Notes under the pieces: generated by a model
What the model was told of the DNA's origin: nothing
Databases searched by the model: none
What the model saw: only the letters and a program-made list of their open reading frames with translations
Position numbers and translations under genes: made by a program
Shown here: positions 8,782-17,274 of the stretch, in pieces
Layout of the letters: the number at the start of each line of letters is the position of its first letter
How positions within the stretch are numbered: the first letter of the stretch is position 1
Virus record (IMG/VR): IMGVR_UViG_3300025133_000019
Strand: one strand, 5' to 3'
DNA from: a virus
Lineage: Duplodnaviria > Heunggongvirae > Uroviricota > Caudoviricetes
DNA length: 64,000 nt

Positions 8782-8958
8782 ATGAGCCAAAAAGTCTGCA
8801 GAATCATATATGGGCCTGACAAAGAAAACACAAGTTTATCGGGGATGGTCCTCGCTAAACACTTAACCAAGCATATCGCCGGGGCTTTGCATACGTTGCC
8901 TACAAAGAAACCGACGAGCAGTACTAAGGACATTGAAATTTTTAGGAAGGGGAAATGA
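8782..8958 (+). CDS. small hypothetical protein (58 aa, MSQKVCRIIYGPD...)
   Basis: GGAG SD; operon orientation. Confidence 0.5.
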   Translation: MSQKVCRIIYGPDKENTSLSGMVLAKHLTKHIAGALHTLPTKKPTSSTKDIEIFRKGK

Positions 8959-9063
8959 TGATCCACGATCATACAGAACTAGCAAAGGAATACTTGAGTA
9001 AGTCAGCCTCGATTTTCCCACTTGATCGAATATTCGGAATACTAGTTTTGAAAGGATGGTGTT

Positions 9064-9408
9064 ATGAATACTAAAACTCGCTTCGTGGTTACTGCTAATG
9101 AAAAATTTTTCATTAGAGAGGCCATGCTCCACAAACCGGAATTTAAAAGTGAAACCGTTATGTATCGAATCATCGAAGATTTTGATAATCAGTACCGAAT
9201 GATTATCGAGATTCCTAACGGTGACCCAGAAGAAAAGAGGGTCATTAATTTTTACTTGAAAAACTCCAGAATGGATATTGTTAACCAAGATCAAAAGGAT
9301 CTGGGGCCAATCGCTGGAGAATACAGCCTCACGCATAAAGGTGAGGTATACACAATTCGAGTCTTAGTTGGGCCTAACCAAGAAGAAGGAGGAAATCATG
9401 TTTACTAA
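9064..9408 (+). CDS. hypothetical protein
   Basis: Promoter cassette plus AAAGGATGG SD. Confidence 0.75.
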   Translation: MNTKTRFVVTANEKFFIREAMLHKPEFKSETVMYRIIEDFDNQYRMIIEIPNGDPEEKRVINFYLKNSRMDIVNQDQKDLGPIAGEYSLTHKGEVYTIRVLVGPNQEEGGNHVY

Positions 9409-9424
9409 CTTTTGACAACAAATA

Positions 9425-9897
9425 GGAGGGTCCGGTTCCTGCGATGAGTACGGAACCGGACCCTCCTCATATGTACAAAACTGAACTGATCTAGAGTTGT
9501 ACACACGTTCCTGGTAATGTACGTCCAGAACTAAGTACCCCCCTCTAGAGCAGTTTTTCCCTTTTTTTCGAAAAACATGTGGCTCGGGTCACATATATAA
9601 AATTTCGATTTTTCAAAAAAAGTAAATCCGGACTCTTAAAAGGTAGACAAATAATTAAATTCTACCGAGAAAAGAGTACTACTAATCCTGGTAACCCTGA
9701 TTCTACCGTTCTCTTACACCCACGCAAAATAACTGTTTTTCACGAAACCCCCGCAGAAATAACTCTTTTACCACTGAAATAACTGTTTTTCACGCCAACC
9801 TCCCTGTAATAACTATCCAAAAAATCCAGGCTATACAAATAATTAAATTCTATCGACATAACAGTACTATTAATCTCGGGAACCCTGATTCCACGGT
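9425..9897. repeat. non-coding repeat block: 15-bp perfect stem, ~60-bp imperfect direct repeat and four AATAACT units
   Basis: GGAGGGTCCGGTTCC...GGAACCGGACCCTCC; ACAAATAATTAAATTCTA...AGTACTA...AACCCTGATT at ~9647 and ~9835; AATAACTGTTTTTCACG at 9728 and 9778. Confidence 0.8.
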
Positions 9898-9927
9898 AAC
9901 CCCCAACCAGTTAATAAACACAGGGGC

Positions 9928-9956
9928 ATGACAACATCTGGATTATCTGTTATACT
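9928..9956 (+). promoter_or_regulatory. sigma70-type promoter, probably giving a leaderless mRNA at ATG 9963
   Basis: ATGACA-17-TATACT with extended TG; ATG 7 nt downstream, no SD. Confidence 0.6.
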
Positions 9957-9962
9957 TAGAGT

Positions 9963-10540
9963 ATGAAGACGACTGACCTAGACAAACTAACCGCTATTCA
10001 AAAAGCCGGGATACTTGCTAACCTGGAAACATCTGCTTATTCGAATGGTGGAGACGAACTTGTGAGTTTTGTTAACAATTTTGTTAACTTGTCTATAAAT
10101 AATGAATTCTGGTCTTCACAAGTTAATTTACATATTAAAATGTTTGGCGTAGAATTAGATATTCCTGAGAATACTAAACCTGAGCATTGGCCTTTTTACC
10201 GTGCATAGGGGATAAAATATTCATTACAAAAGGTGTAGCAAACCGTGGAGTAAAGGTTGCAGGAGTACGTCCTGAGCTTGATATGATTAATTTTAATCTG
10301 GGTGGTATAGCAGGTCATAAATTTTCTAAGGCAAACTGGATTAACTGCTTTTTTACCAAAGAATCTGGGAAACAAGACCTAGATACTGCTACGTATATTG
10401 TGGCTAGGGAACACGTGGTTTCCAAAGGAATCGAGGTTTTTTCCAGAACTCCCAGTAAACAGGATGCCCTGGATTACCGGGATGTTCTTAATAAAAATCA
10501 GGGTTCCGTGTTTAAGGTGTACCAGGAAATAAAGAGGTAG
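9963..10540 (+). pseudogene. single HWPF-domain gene split by a -1 frameshift at the T5 run 10193-10197 (or recoded)
   Basis: EHWPF (ORF 9963) joined to LPCIGDKIFI (ORF 10187) restores the HWPFxPCxGD domain seen twice in 11741..12859. Confidence 0.65.
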
Positions 10541-10542
10541 TA

Positions 10543-10875
10543 ATGAAGACTTGTCCATTTTGTGGTAGTAGTAAGGTTAAGCCCAGTTTTAACGAGTATG
10601 ATATGAATGTGATTCGGTGTACTGGGTGTCATGCCACCGGACCAATGTGCGATGGGGAATTACACGCCCAGGAAAAGTGGGATACTCGTGTAACATGGAA
10701 TACCTGCTTTAAAAATATAGGTAAAATAGAAGGTCCTATTTTAGTAAAAGATTCTAGTGACATACCATTTGTAGTACAACAAGTTGCTGTAGATCACGAA
10801 ACTTATCGCTGGAGTGATGGTTATAATTTTTATGAATTAACTCAGTTTAAAGCGTGGTCTTCCCTAGGAATATAG
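10543..10875 (+). CDS. Lar-family restriction-alleviation-like zinc-finger protein
   Basis: MKTCPFCGS...CTGCHATGP...AQEKWDTR. Confidence 0.7.
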   Translation: MKTCPFCGSSKVKPSFNEYDMNVIRCTGCHATGPMCDGELHAQEKWDTRVTWNTCFKNIGKIEGPILVKDSSDIPFVVQQVAVDHETYRWSDGYNFYELTQFKAWSSLGI

Positions 10876-11309
10876 TGATAAACGCAAATACCAAAAAAAC
10901 TAGTGTGTCAAACGAACACAAAAAAGTTTGTTGTATATGTGGAGTTACTATTACTAGTGAGGCTTGTTTATATGGTCTTAAGAACCGTAGTACTACGGTT
11001 TATGTTCACCGGGAATGCGCATATACTCCTTATACACATAGTTTACAAGCGTGTAAATATTGTGAGCAAATAATATCACCTTATGATCGCAGCGGACTAA
11101 TCTTCGAGGATTCTCTATTTCACTTGAACTGCTTAATAAGAAGTTCCTCTGTTCATAAGGTTTGTGATAAGTGTGAAGGTTTAATAACTCCGTATAATAA
11201 TGGATGTGCTTATGGGAGCCACTTTTTTCATTACAAATGCCTAGAAAAAAAGGAACTTGGTCATAACAATTCAGACAACAAGACATCTATAAAGGACCCG
11301 AAAAAGTAG
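10854..11309 (+). CDS. TP[YF] zinc-finger array protein, 3 fingers
   Basis: CCIC..HREC; CKYC.ISPY..HLNC; CDKC.ITPY..HYKC. Confidence 0.8.
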   Translation: MVFPRNIVINANTKKTSVSNEHKKVCCICGVTITSEACLYGLKNRSTTVYVHRECAYTPYTHSLQACKYCEQIISPYDRSGLIFEDSLFHLNCLIRSSSVHKVCDKCEGLITPYNNGCAYGSHFFHYKCLEKKELGHNNSDNKTSIKDPKK

Positions 11310-11315
11310 AGTGTT

Positions 11316-11744
11316 ATGTCTGTGTATGCCAAGAAAACTAGTATTCACTTTGATAACTCGGTCTGTTATTTATGTGGACGAGTTATTATTGGGCCACCAA
11401 GTTTATACGGAATACAAAACTCTATGGTACTAAAGTTTGTACACCAGGAATGTGAATTCATTGCGTATACAGATAACCTAGAAGTCTGTTGGATTTGCGA
11501 TGAGATAATAACTCCCTATAGTGACTCTATAATAAGACACGGATTAAAAATATCGCACAAAAAATGTGCGTTAGAGCAAATCCCTGTGCTAAGAAGTTGT
11601 AGAGAATGTGGTGGCCTGTTAACTCCTTATAATCCTGGGTACACAGGAATTCACGACTCGTGCGTCGGAAAAGACGTGCCAAACAACGGTCATAAAACTA
11701 ATGTGTTTCAACAAGATCCTAATAATAAGAAAGGTTTGATATGA
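11316..11744 (+). CDS. TP[YF] zinc-finger array protein, 3 fingers
   Basis: CYLC..HQEC; CWIC.ITPY..HKKC; CREC.LTPY..HDSC. Confidence 0.8.
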   Translation: MSVYAKKTSIHFDNSVCYLCGRVIIGPPSLYGIQNSMVLKFVHQECEFIAYTDNLEVCWICDEIITPYSDSIIRHGLKISHKKCALEQIPVLRSCRECGGLLTPYNPGYTGIHDSCVGKDVPNNGHKTNVFQQDPNNKKGLI

Positions 11745-12859
11745 CCGAAGAAGTTTGTAAAATATGTTCAGGAACTGGAGTTATGTATATCAACGAGGGG
11801 CACGGATGTAACTTGTCTCAAGAGAGTTTTCCATGTCCTATGTGTAATGAAGAAATAAGAAAAGTTGTGGAAGACTATACTACCGAGTTAACTAGCCATT
11901 GGCCATTTACCCCTTGTCCAGGTGACTATCTTAGGGTAAGCGGTCCTGATACTCAGGATTTTATAGCACAAGTTGCTAAAATCCTGTATCCCGGTATAAT
12001 AACATTTGAAGGTGAAAGCGAACTACTCAGTAATTTTAATAAAGAGTTCTGGGATTTAGGGTGGAGCTTTAAAAAAGTATGTGGCCCTGAGTCAAGCCTG
12101 GAATTCCAGGAAGACGGAGAAATCCTGCTATCTTTGCGATCTCGTGACGGGAACGAAGTGCAATTCCAAACACTAGGAAACGGAAAAGCTAGAATTGATA
12201 TTAGCACAGATGAGAGTTATGATATTGTCTATACTGATTTAAGCATACTTAAAGAATTTGTAGACGAAGCTACCGAGCCAGAAGAATATTCGATCCGTTT
12301 AATCGAGGGAGATCAAGAATGGGGAACGCCCCAAGATGTTGTAGAGATAAAGCCTAGTCTAGAGGATACTGAAGACTCTAAACACTGGCCCTTTATTCCT
12401 AGTGTAAATCAAAAAATTAGGATACAAGGTCCTGCCATGACAACTCAAGAAGTCGTGGTAATAGAGATTATTGATCCCATAACAATTAAATATGCAGACA
12501 AAAGAGGTGAGACTTCTCGCTGCGATTTTGATGCAGCAGGATGGGGAGTAGGATGGAAATTCGAAGCCATCGAAGAAAGCGGGGCTGACAAAATTCGCAG
12601 AGAATTTTCTAAAGAGAATTGTTTTTATTATATGGAAGAAGAAGTTTTTGATAAAGCAAGAGTTAGCAATAACCCTGTTTCCATATTCCTCGGTAGCCAG
12701 AATCTTGAGTTATGTGAAGTACTCTGGCTCATTCAAAAGGAAAAGTTTTTATTTGAAGACTTTGAGTGGTTAATGGGAGGTGCATCTAACTGGTACACTT
12801 TTCAATCGGAGTTCTCGATTTCTGCTCATAACAAGCACCCCTTTAGATTTAAGTGGTAA
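11741..12859 (+). CDS. hypothetical protein: N-terminal zinc ribbon plus two HWPF-repeat domains
   Basis: CKICSGTG...CPMC; HWPFTPCPGDYLRV...WDLGWSF and HWPFIPSVNQKIRI...WGVGWKF. Confidence 0.75.
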   Translation: MTEEVCKICSGTGVMYINEGHGCNLSQESFPCPMCNEEIRKVVEDYTTELTSHWPFTPCPGDYLRVSGPDTQDFIAQVAKILYPGIITFEGESELLSNFNKEFWDLGWSFKKVCGPESSLEFQEDGEILLSLRSRDGNEVQFQTLGNGKARIDISTDESYDIVYTDLSILKEFVDEATEPEEYSIRLIEGDQEWGTPQDVVEIKPSLEDTEDSKHWPFIPSVNQKIRIQGPAMTTQEVVVIEIIDPITIKYADKRGETSRCDFDAAGWGVGWKFEAIEESGADKIRREFSKENCFYYMEEEVFDKARVSNNPVSIFLGSQNLELCEVLWLIQKEKFLFEDFEWLMGGASNWYTFQSEFSISAHNKHPFRFKW

Positions 12860-12871
12860 CGAAGGATAACC

Positions 12872-13519
12872 ATGAAACTAGAGCATTTCGAAATAACATT
12901 TTTTGTAGACTCTGTGAATAGACGGATTATTATTGGCCGGGGAAGTTTTGAGGTCTACAATTTGTTAACCCTTGAATTCCGGGGGTCTCAAACCGAAATC
13001 ACTATTCATAAAAACAAGGCACCTGTTTTGCTAGGAAAAACTGTTGACATAGAAAAGATGTATTCCAAATGCGAATCCTACGAAGCAGCAATAGCCTTGA
13101 TGACTGACCTTTTAACCCGAGAAGCTGAGCGTATCGAACTAAAGAAAGACTCTCTTAATAACTACTACAAAAACGAAGGCGAGGCCCCGTGGTTAAATCC
13201 TGTTGAGTCTTTTGATAAAATAGAGTATATGTGTACTACTGATCTTTTGCTGAAAAAAGATATGACTCCAGGAGTTGTCTATTTAGCTCCAAAGGATGAT
13301 CCCAAATGGCTAGGACTTTTTTGTCCGTGTGGAGGGTGCAACCCTTTTAGAACCATAACACTAAATGTAAGTCCGGGGCATCCTAGTACTTATACTTATG
13401 AATTCAATGAAGCAGGTGAAATCAGTGTATCTCCAGAAATAAAAGAGATAAATTGTGACTCCCGGTTCACCATAACCAAAGGAAAAGTTGTGTGGCACAG
13501 TGACTCTCCTGAGAAATAG
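12872..13519 (+). CDS. hypothetical protein with C-terminal DUF6527-like metal-binding domain
   Basis: FCPCGGC...SVSPEI...CDSRFTITKGKVVW. Confidence 0.55.
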   Translation: MKLEHFEITFFVDSVNRRIIIGRGSFEVYNLLTLEFRGSQTEITIHKNKAPVLLGKTVDIEKMYSKCESYEAAIALMTDLLTREAERIELKKDSLNNYYKNEGEAPWLNPVESFDKIEYMCTTDLLLKKDMTPGVVYLAPKDDPKWLGLFCPCGGCNPFRTITLNVSPGHPSTYTYEFNEAGEISVSPEIKEINCDSRFTITKGKVVWHSDSPEK

Positions 13520-13588
13520 ATAACCAAGAACCTCAAAATATTCATAGAATAAAAAGAATTGCTTCCAACTTAAAGAAACACCGAATAA

Positions 13589-13984
13589 ATGAAAGCTACA
13601 GGTAACATAAACAGACAGTTAAACAAAGGAGAGAACGAATCCGTAAGCCTTGCTGAACATATAGTTTCGTCGGAACTGACTAAGTGTAAGTATTGCGGGG
13701 ACTTGCTAACTCCGTACTCCGAATACACTTATGATTACAGCCACGCAAAATCCCGCTTCAAATCTAAAGTTGCTCATGTGTATTGTATTTTCTCTGAAAA
13801 AAACGTGGGAAAACCTTGTATTGTTTGTAATCAAATTCTAACGCCTTACAATATGGGACAGTCAAAATCTATCTATCGAAGAGCCCCTGTTCATTTGAAC
13901 TGTCTACCCACTAAAGAAGAAATGGATAGAACTAGAAATTCAAAAGGAATTGAAGACCGCAAAACTAAAGTTAGGGATGACTAG
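13589..13984 (+). CDS. TP[YF] zinc-finger array protein, 2 fingers
   Basis: CKYC.LTPY..HVYC; CIVC.LTPY..HLNC. Confidence 0.8.
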   Translation: MKATGNINRQLNKGENESVSLAEHIVSSELTKCKYCGDLLTPYSEYTYDYSHAKSRFKSKVAHVYCIFSEKNVGKPCIVCNQILTPYNMGQSKSIYRRAPVHLNCLPTKEEMDRTRNSKGIEDRKTKVRDD

Positions 13985-13986
13985 TT

Positions 13987-14346
13987 ATGGCTGATATCTT
14001 CGATAATAAAACCTATGGTTTCATATTTATGGACTCCAACAAAAGCTTCGGGAGAGTACGTAAAAGTTTTGTGTATTGTTTTTACTGTAGCAAAAGATTA
14101 ACCCCTTACTCTAATTACAAGGTTTATTACACTCATAATACAGGAAACCAAGCTTTTCATGACGGGTGTTTTGTCCTGGTCAATAAAATAGGAGGGTCGT
14201 GTTCAATATGTGATAAACCAATCACTCCTTTTGAGGGTGAGGAGGTTATAGCAGGCCACCTTAACAATATCTATCATAGATCCTGTCTTTTCGATGAATC
14301 CGGGTCCATAGATGAAGGTGAGAACGATAATAAAGGCTTGGAATGA
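13987..14346 (+). CDS. TP[YF] zinc-finger array protein, 2 fingers
   Basis: CFYC.LTPY..HDGC; CSIC.ITPF..HRSC. Confidence 0.8.
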   Translation: MADIFDNKTYGFIFMDSNKSFGRVRKSFVYCFYCSKRLTPYSNYKVYYTHNTGNQAFHDGCFVLVNKIGGSCSICDKPITPFEGEEVIAGHLNNIYHRSCLFDESGSIDEGENDNKGLE

Positions 14347-14708
14347 AAGAGTTGGAAAACCGAAAAACTGATATAAATCTATACAGCCCTAATTCAAGGA
14401 AGCTAATAATTTCAGATCCTGTAGTCACAAAACACCAAGCTTGTGACCACTGCGGTGCAATTTTAACTCCGTACTCTAAATTTATTAAGAAATTTAAATA
14501 CCCTGATCGTTACGTGTCGGTTCATATCAAGTGTTTTGCGATAGTTGATATGTTAGGCAAGCACTGCGATATTTGTGGATACTTAATAACTCCTTATAAC
14601 AGAGAACAACTCTCCAGAGGGCGTGATGGAGTCGTATATCATATTTCTTGCTTAGAGGAGTCGTGGAAGGCTCTTTTCACTGTAAAAGATAGTAAGGTGT
14701 TAGAATGA
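14343..14708 (+). CDS. TP[YF] zinc-finger array protein, 2 fingers
   Basis: CDHC.LTPY..HIKC; CDIC.ITPY..HISC. Confidence 0.8.
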   Translation: MKELENRKTDINLYSPNSRKLIISDPVVTKHQACDHCGAILTPYSKFIKKFKYPDRYVSVHIKCFAIVDMLGKHCDICGYLITPYNREQLSRGRDGVVYHISCLEESWKALFTVKDSKVLE

Positions 14709-15088
14709 GTAAAGACGTTGTTCAACTGGATAGGGACATTAATAAACAAACCTCTTATATCTACGAAACAAGTAGGAAGACTGATGTTGACGTAAATATA
14801 AATATTATGGATTGTGTTTACTGTGGATACAGGCTGACTCCTTATTCTGGTATTACTGCTTACCATAATCACTCCAAAAGAGTTGCCAAAAGTCATCTTA
14901 AATGTTGGAATGATAGGTACAAGACAGGCACTCTATGTATACTCTGTAATGTCCTAATAACACCCTTCGATAACTTAGTGGTGTTTAAAATTAATGAATG
15001 CTTTTGTCATGAGGTCTGCTGGGAAGAGGATTCTGGAAAATCCGTGGCAAAAAGAAATGTTGATAAAAACGCAAATAAGACGTTATGA
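14705..15088 (+). CDS. TP[YF] zinc-finger array protein, 2 fingers
   Basis: CVYC.LTPY..HLKC; CILC.ITPF..HEVC. Confidence 0.8.
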   Translation: MSKDVVQLDRDINKQTSYIYETSRKTDVDVNINIMDCVYCGYRLTPYSGITAYHNHSKRVAKSHLKCWNDRYKTGTLCILCNVLITPFDNLVVFKINECFCHEVCWEEDSGKSVAKRNVDKNANKTL

Positions 15089-15489
15089 TAACAACTAGTA
15101 ATAAAACTTTAAGTCACGTTCCAAAAGACCGGAATAAATCACGTAATACTGCTTCTCCGAGACCTTGCCCGTATTGCGGAGAATTGATAACTCCTTACTC
15201 TGATTACGAGATTGATGGCATATACACATTCATAGATCCTCCTATTGATGGCATATACACATTCATAGATCCTCCTATTGCTCACTCTCACTGTAAAAGA
15301 TATAGGTTAACGGGAAAGTGTTGTACGATCTGCAAAGCTTTTATAACACCCTTCGGAGGTACTCAAGGTTTAGGAAATAAGGGGGCTTATCATTTGGCTT
15401 GCGTACAAGTAGATCATAGGGATTCTGTAATAAAGGGCTTACGCCCCGAAGAAATAAAGTTCTTACGAAAAGACAGGAGAACTCGATGA
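15085..15489 (+). CDS. TP[YF] zinc-finger array protein, 2 fingers, with an internal 33-bp duplication
   Basis: CPYC.ITPY..HSHC; CTIC.ITPF..HLAC. Confidence 0.8.
   Translation: MITTSNKTLSHVPKDRNKSRNTASPRPCPYCGELITPYSDYEIDGIYTFIDPPIDGIYTFIDPPIAHSHCKRYRLTGKCCTICKAFITPFGGTQGLGNKGAYHLACVQVDHRDSVIKGLRPEEIKFLRKDRRTR
15211..15276 (+). repeat. perfect 33-bp tandem duplication (IDGIYTFIDPP x2)
   Basis: attgatggcatatacacattcatagatcctcct twice. Confidence 0.95.
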
Positions 15490-15791
15490 TAACTAAATTC
15501 AAGTGTTGTGAAGAGTGCAAACGAATTCTAACTCCTTATTCCGAATACGGGGAATGGAGAGGAAGAGCCGTGCATCCCGAATGTGTTAGCGAACCAGAAA
15601 ACCGAGTTTGTCAAATCTGCCACAGATTTATGTCTTCCTTAATAAAAGAATCTTTATGCTTTTCTGGAAGACATATATACCATGCCTCTTGTTGGGATAG
15701 TGAACATCGCAAAGCAGACGAGCTTGACTATATACCGTCTAAAAAGACTAGGAGCACCCATGAAGTCCGATCTAAAAGACCAAGCAAATAA
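15486..15791 (+). CDS. TP[YF] zinc-finger array protein, 2 fingers
   Basis: CEEC.LTPY..HPEC; CQIC..HASC. Confidence 0.8.
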   Translation: MITKFKCCEECKRILTPYSEYGEWRGRAVHPECVSEPENRVCQICHRFMSSLIKESLCFSGRHIYHASCWDSEHRKADELDYIPSKKTRSTHEVRSKRPSK

Positions 15792-16146
15792 TTGGTGCGA
15801 GATATGCGGAGATCTGGTTACAAGCTCCGAATATATTTATGGTCATAAAAAGTGTTATAATACACCATTTCTACACGGCCAAAAACGAATAGAATGTGCG
15901 GTCTGTGGTCAAGTAATAACTCCCTTTGGCCCTGACTACACAGTATCACTAGGTAAAAAAATAATGCACTCCTGCTGTATAGAGACTGACCGAAGTAATA
16001 AGTTAAGAGAATGCACAGAATGCTTGGGACCCATAACTCCTTATAACCCCGCCCACTTTTTTGATACTAATACTCATGCAGGGTGTTTAGAATTCACGAT
16101 AAAGGAAGACAAGGACGAGAAAAAGACTAGGTATGAAAACTTCTAG
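15760..16146 (+). CDS. TP[YF] zinc-finger array protein, 3 fingers (start MKSDLK)
   Basis: AGGAG SD; CEIC..HKKC; CAVC.ITPF..HSCC; CTEC.ITPY..HAGC. Confidence 0.8.
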   Translation: MKSDLKDQANNWCEICGDLVTSSEYIYGHKKCYNTPFLHGQKRIECAVCGQVITPFGPDYTVSLGKKIMHSCCIETDRSNKLRECTECLGPITPYNPAHFFDTNTHAGCLEFTIKEDKDEKKTRYENF

Positions 16147-16426
16147 AAGAATTAAAAGATTTACTAAATTTACAAATTCTAACTGCAGCGTTAAAATTTG
16201 TAAAAACTGTGGTGAACTAATAACTCCATTTAGTAAAGGACACAGATTTTCATGTCACTCTTGTACTTTGGAGCCCTGCGCTTTTTGTAATAGAGTTATA
16301 ACCCCTTATACCCAGGAGTCTAGTACGCAATCCCTGTTCATATACCATGATTCCTGCCTTCATCAGTACGAGATTCACAGAATACATGTGAGGAACCAGA
16401 TGAGTAACGGTAAAACACGAGGCTAA
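16133..16426 (+). CDS. TP[YF] zinc-finger array protein, 2 fingers
   Basis: CKNC.ITPF..CHSC; CAFC.ITPY..HDSC. Confidence 0.78.
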   Translation: MKTSRRIKRFTKFTNSNCSVKICKNCGELITPFSKGHRFSCHSCTLEPCAFCNRVITPYTQESSTQSLFIYHDSCLHQYEIHRIHVRNQMSNGKTRG

Positions 16427-16439
16427 ACACGGAATTTCT

Positions 16440-16838
16440 ATGAGAAATCTTTTTTATTACAAATGCGGTGGAATCATTAAATCTGGTAACTACGATTACG
16501 TTAACAATAAGCCAGTCCATACGGAGTGTGAGGACATAGGATATCTACCTAAAAAGTCTTTTTGTATATGCTGCGGTAAATTAATTACTCCTTATGGCGA
16601 TAAATTAGCAGCTCTATCATATTCTATCATTCACGAGAATTGTCTTTTGTACGGGGTCTCTGAACCGACTAAATGTGTAGAGTGCGGAGGTTTACTGACT
16701 CCTTATAACCCCGGATTTTTAGGTCCGTATAAAAAACACATACATGTAGCTTGTTATTATACCAGCGTAATAGGAAGCCCTAAGGTCAAAAAAATAGATT
16801 CTACGCTCAATAAAACGGGACGGCACATTGGACGATGA
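16440..16838 (+). CDS. TP[YF] zinc-finger array protein, 3 fingers (first degenerate)
   Basis: YYKC..HTEC; CICC.ITPY..HENC; CVEC.LTPY..HVAC. Confidence 0.8.
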   Translation: MRNLFYYKCGGIIKSGNYDYVNNKPVHTECEDIGYLPKKSFCICCGKLITPYGDKLAALSYSIIHENCLLYGVSEPTKCVECGGLLTPYNPGFLGPYKKHIHVACYYTSVIGSPKVKKIDSTLNKTGRHIGR

Positions 16839-17142
16839 ATTTCTATTTTGCGAGGGTTGTAAACGCATGATAACTCCGTTCAGCGGGGATTATTTTGAAG
16901 ACCCTAGTGTGCATTGTGTATGTCTTTACTATCAAGGGTTAGACATCTTGAAATCATGTGTGGAATGCGATGGTATTCTAACTCCTTACAACCCTGGATG
17001 GTCGGACTTTGACGGACGCTTTGTGCATTATTCTTGTGATTCCTATGATTCAGAAGAGGATGTAGAAGATAACAAATATTTGTCCAGTCAAGACTTCTGT
17101 TGGGCTGACCGAAAAACTTGGGCTGACGATGAAAAAGATTAA
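16828..17142 (+). CDS. TP[YF] zinc-finger array protein, 2 fingers, acidic
   Basis: CEGC.ITPF..HCVC; CVEC.LTPY..HYSC. Confidence 0.78.
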   Translation: MDDEFLFCEGCKRMITPFSGDYFEDPSVHCVCLYYQGLDILKSCVECDGILTPYNPGWSDFDGRFVHYSCDSYDSEEDVEDNKYLSSQDFCWADRKTWADDEKD

Positions 17143-17265
17143 TTCAAATGTATGTTTTATTTGTTATGGGATAGCATTCTTTACCGTGGGATAAAAGCAT
17201 GCTATCATTGCGGAAAGACCGTATCTTGTTATAACCAAGGAGGGCTTAAGTACCGCAGAAAATAA
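17129..17265 (+). pseudogene. decayed zinc-finger gene remnant
   Basis: MKKINSNVCFICYG...stop in one frame, ACYHCGKTVSCYNQ in the -1 frame; no HxxC halves. Confidence 0.45.
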
Positions 17266-17274
17266 AAGTCTAAA

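Larger units (their letters stand above)
4003..9047 (+). promoter_or_regulatory. nine rightward copies of the early promoter motif (CTTGAY at 4009, 4321, 5130, 5526, 6046, 6730, 7407, 7921, 9021)
   Basis: Same consensus and spacing as the leftward copies; each precedes an SD+ATG. Confidence 0.8.
7906..9071. repeat. 66-bp direct repeat with 1 mismatch (7906-7971 / 9006-9071) covering promoter, SD and first codons
   Basis: gcctcgattttccc(g/a)cttgatcgaatattcggaatactagttttgaaaggatggtgttatgaatac. Confidence 0.95.

Noticed and set aside
9579-9782. 67-aa ORF in the repeat block
   Set aside because: Reads through DNA repeats, has no SD and has a repeat-derived sequence
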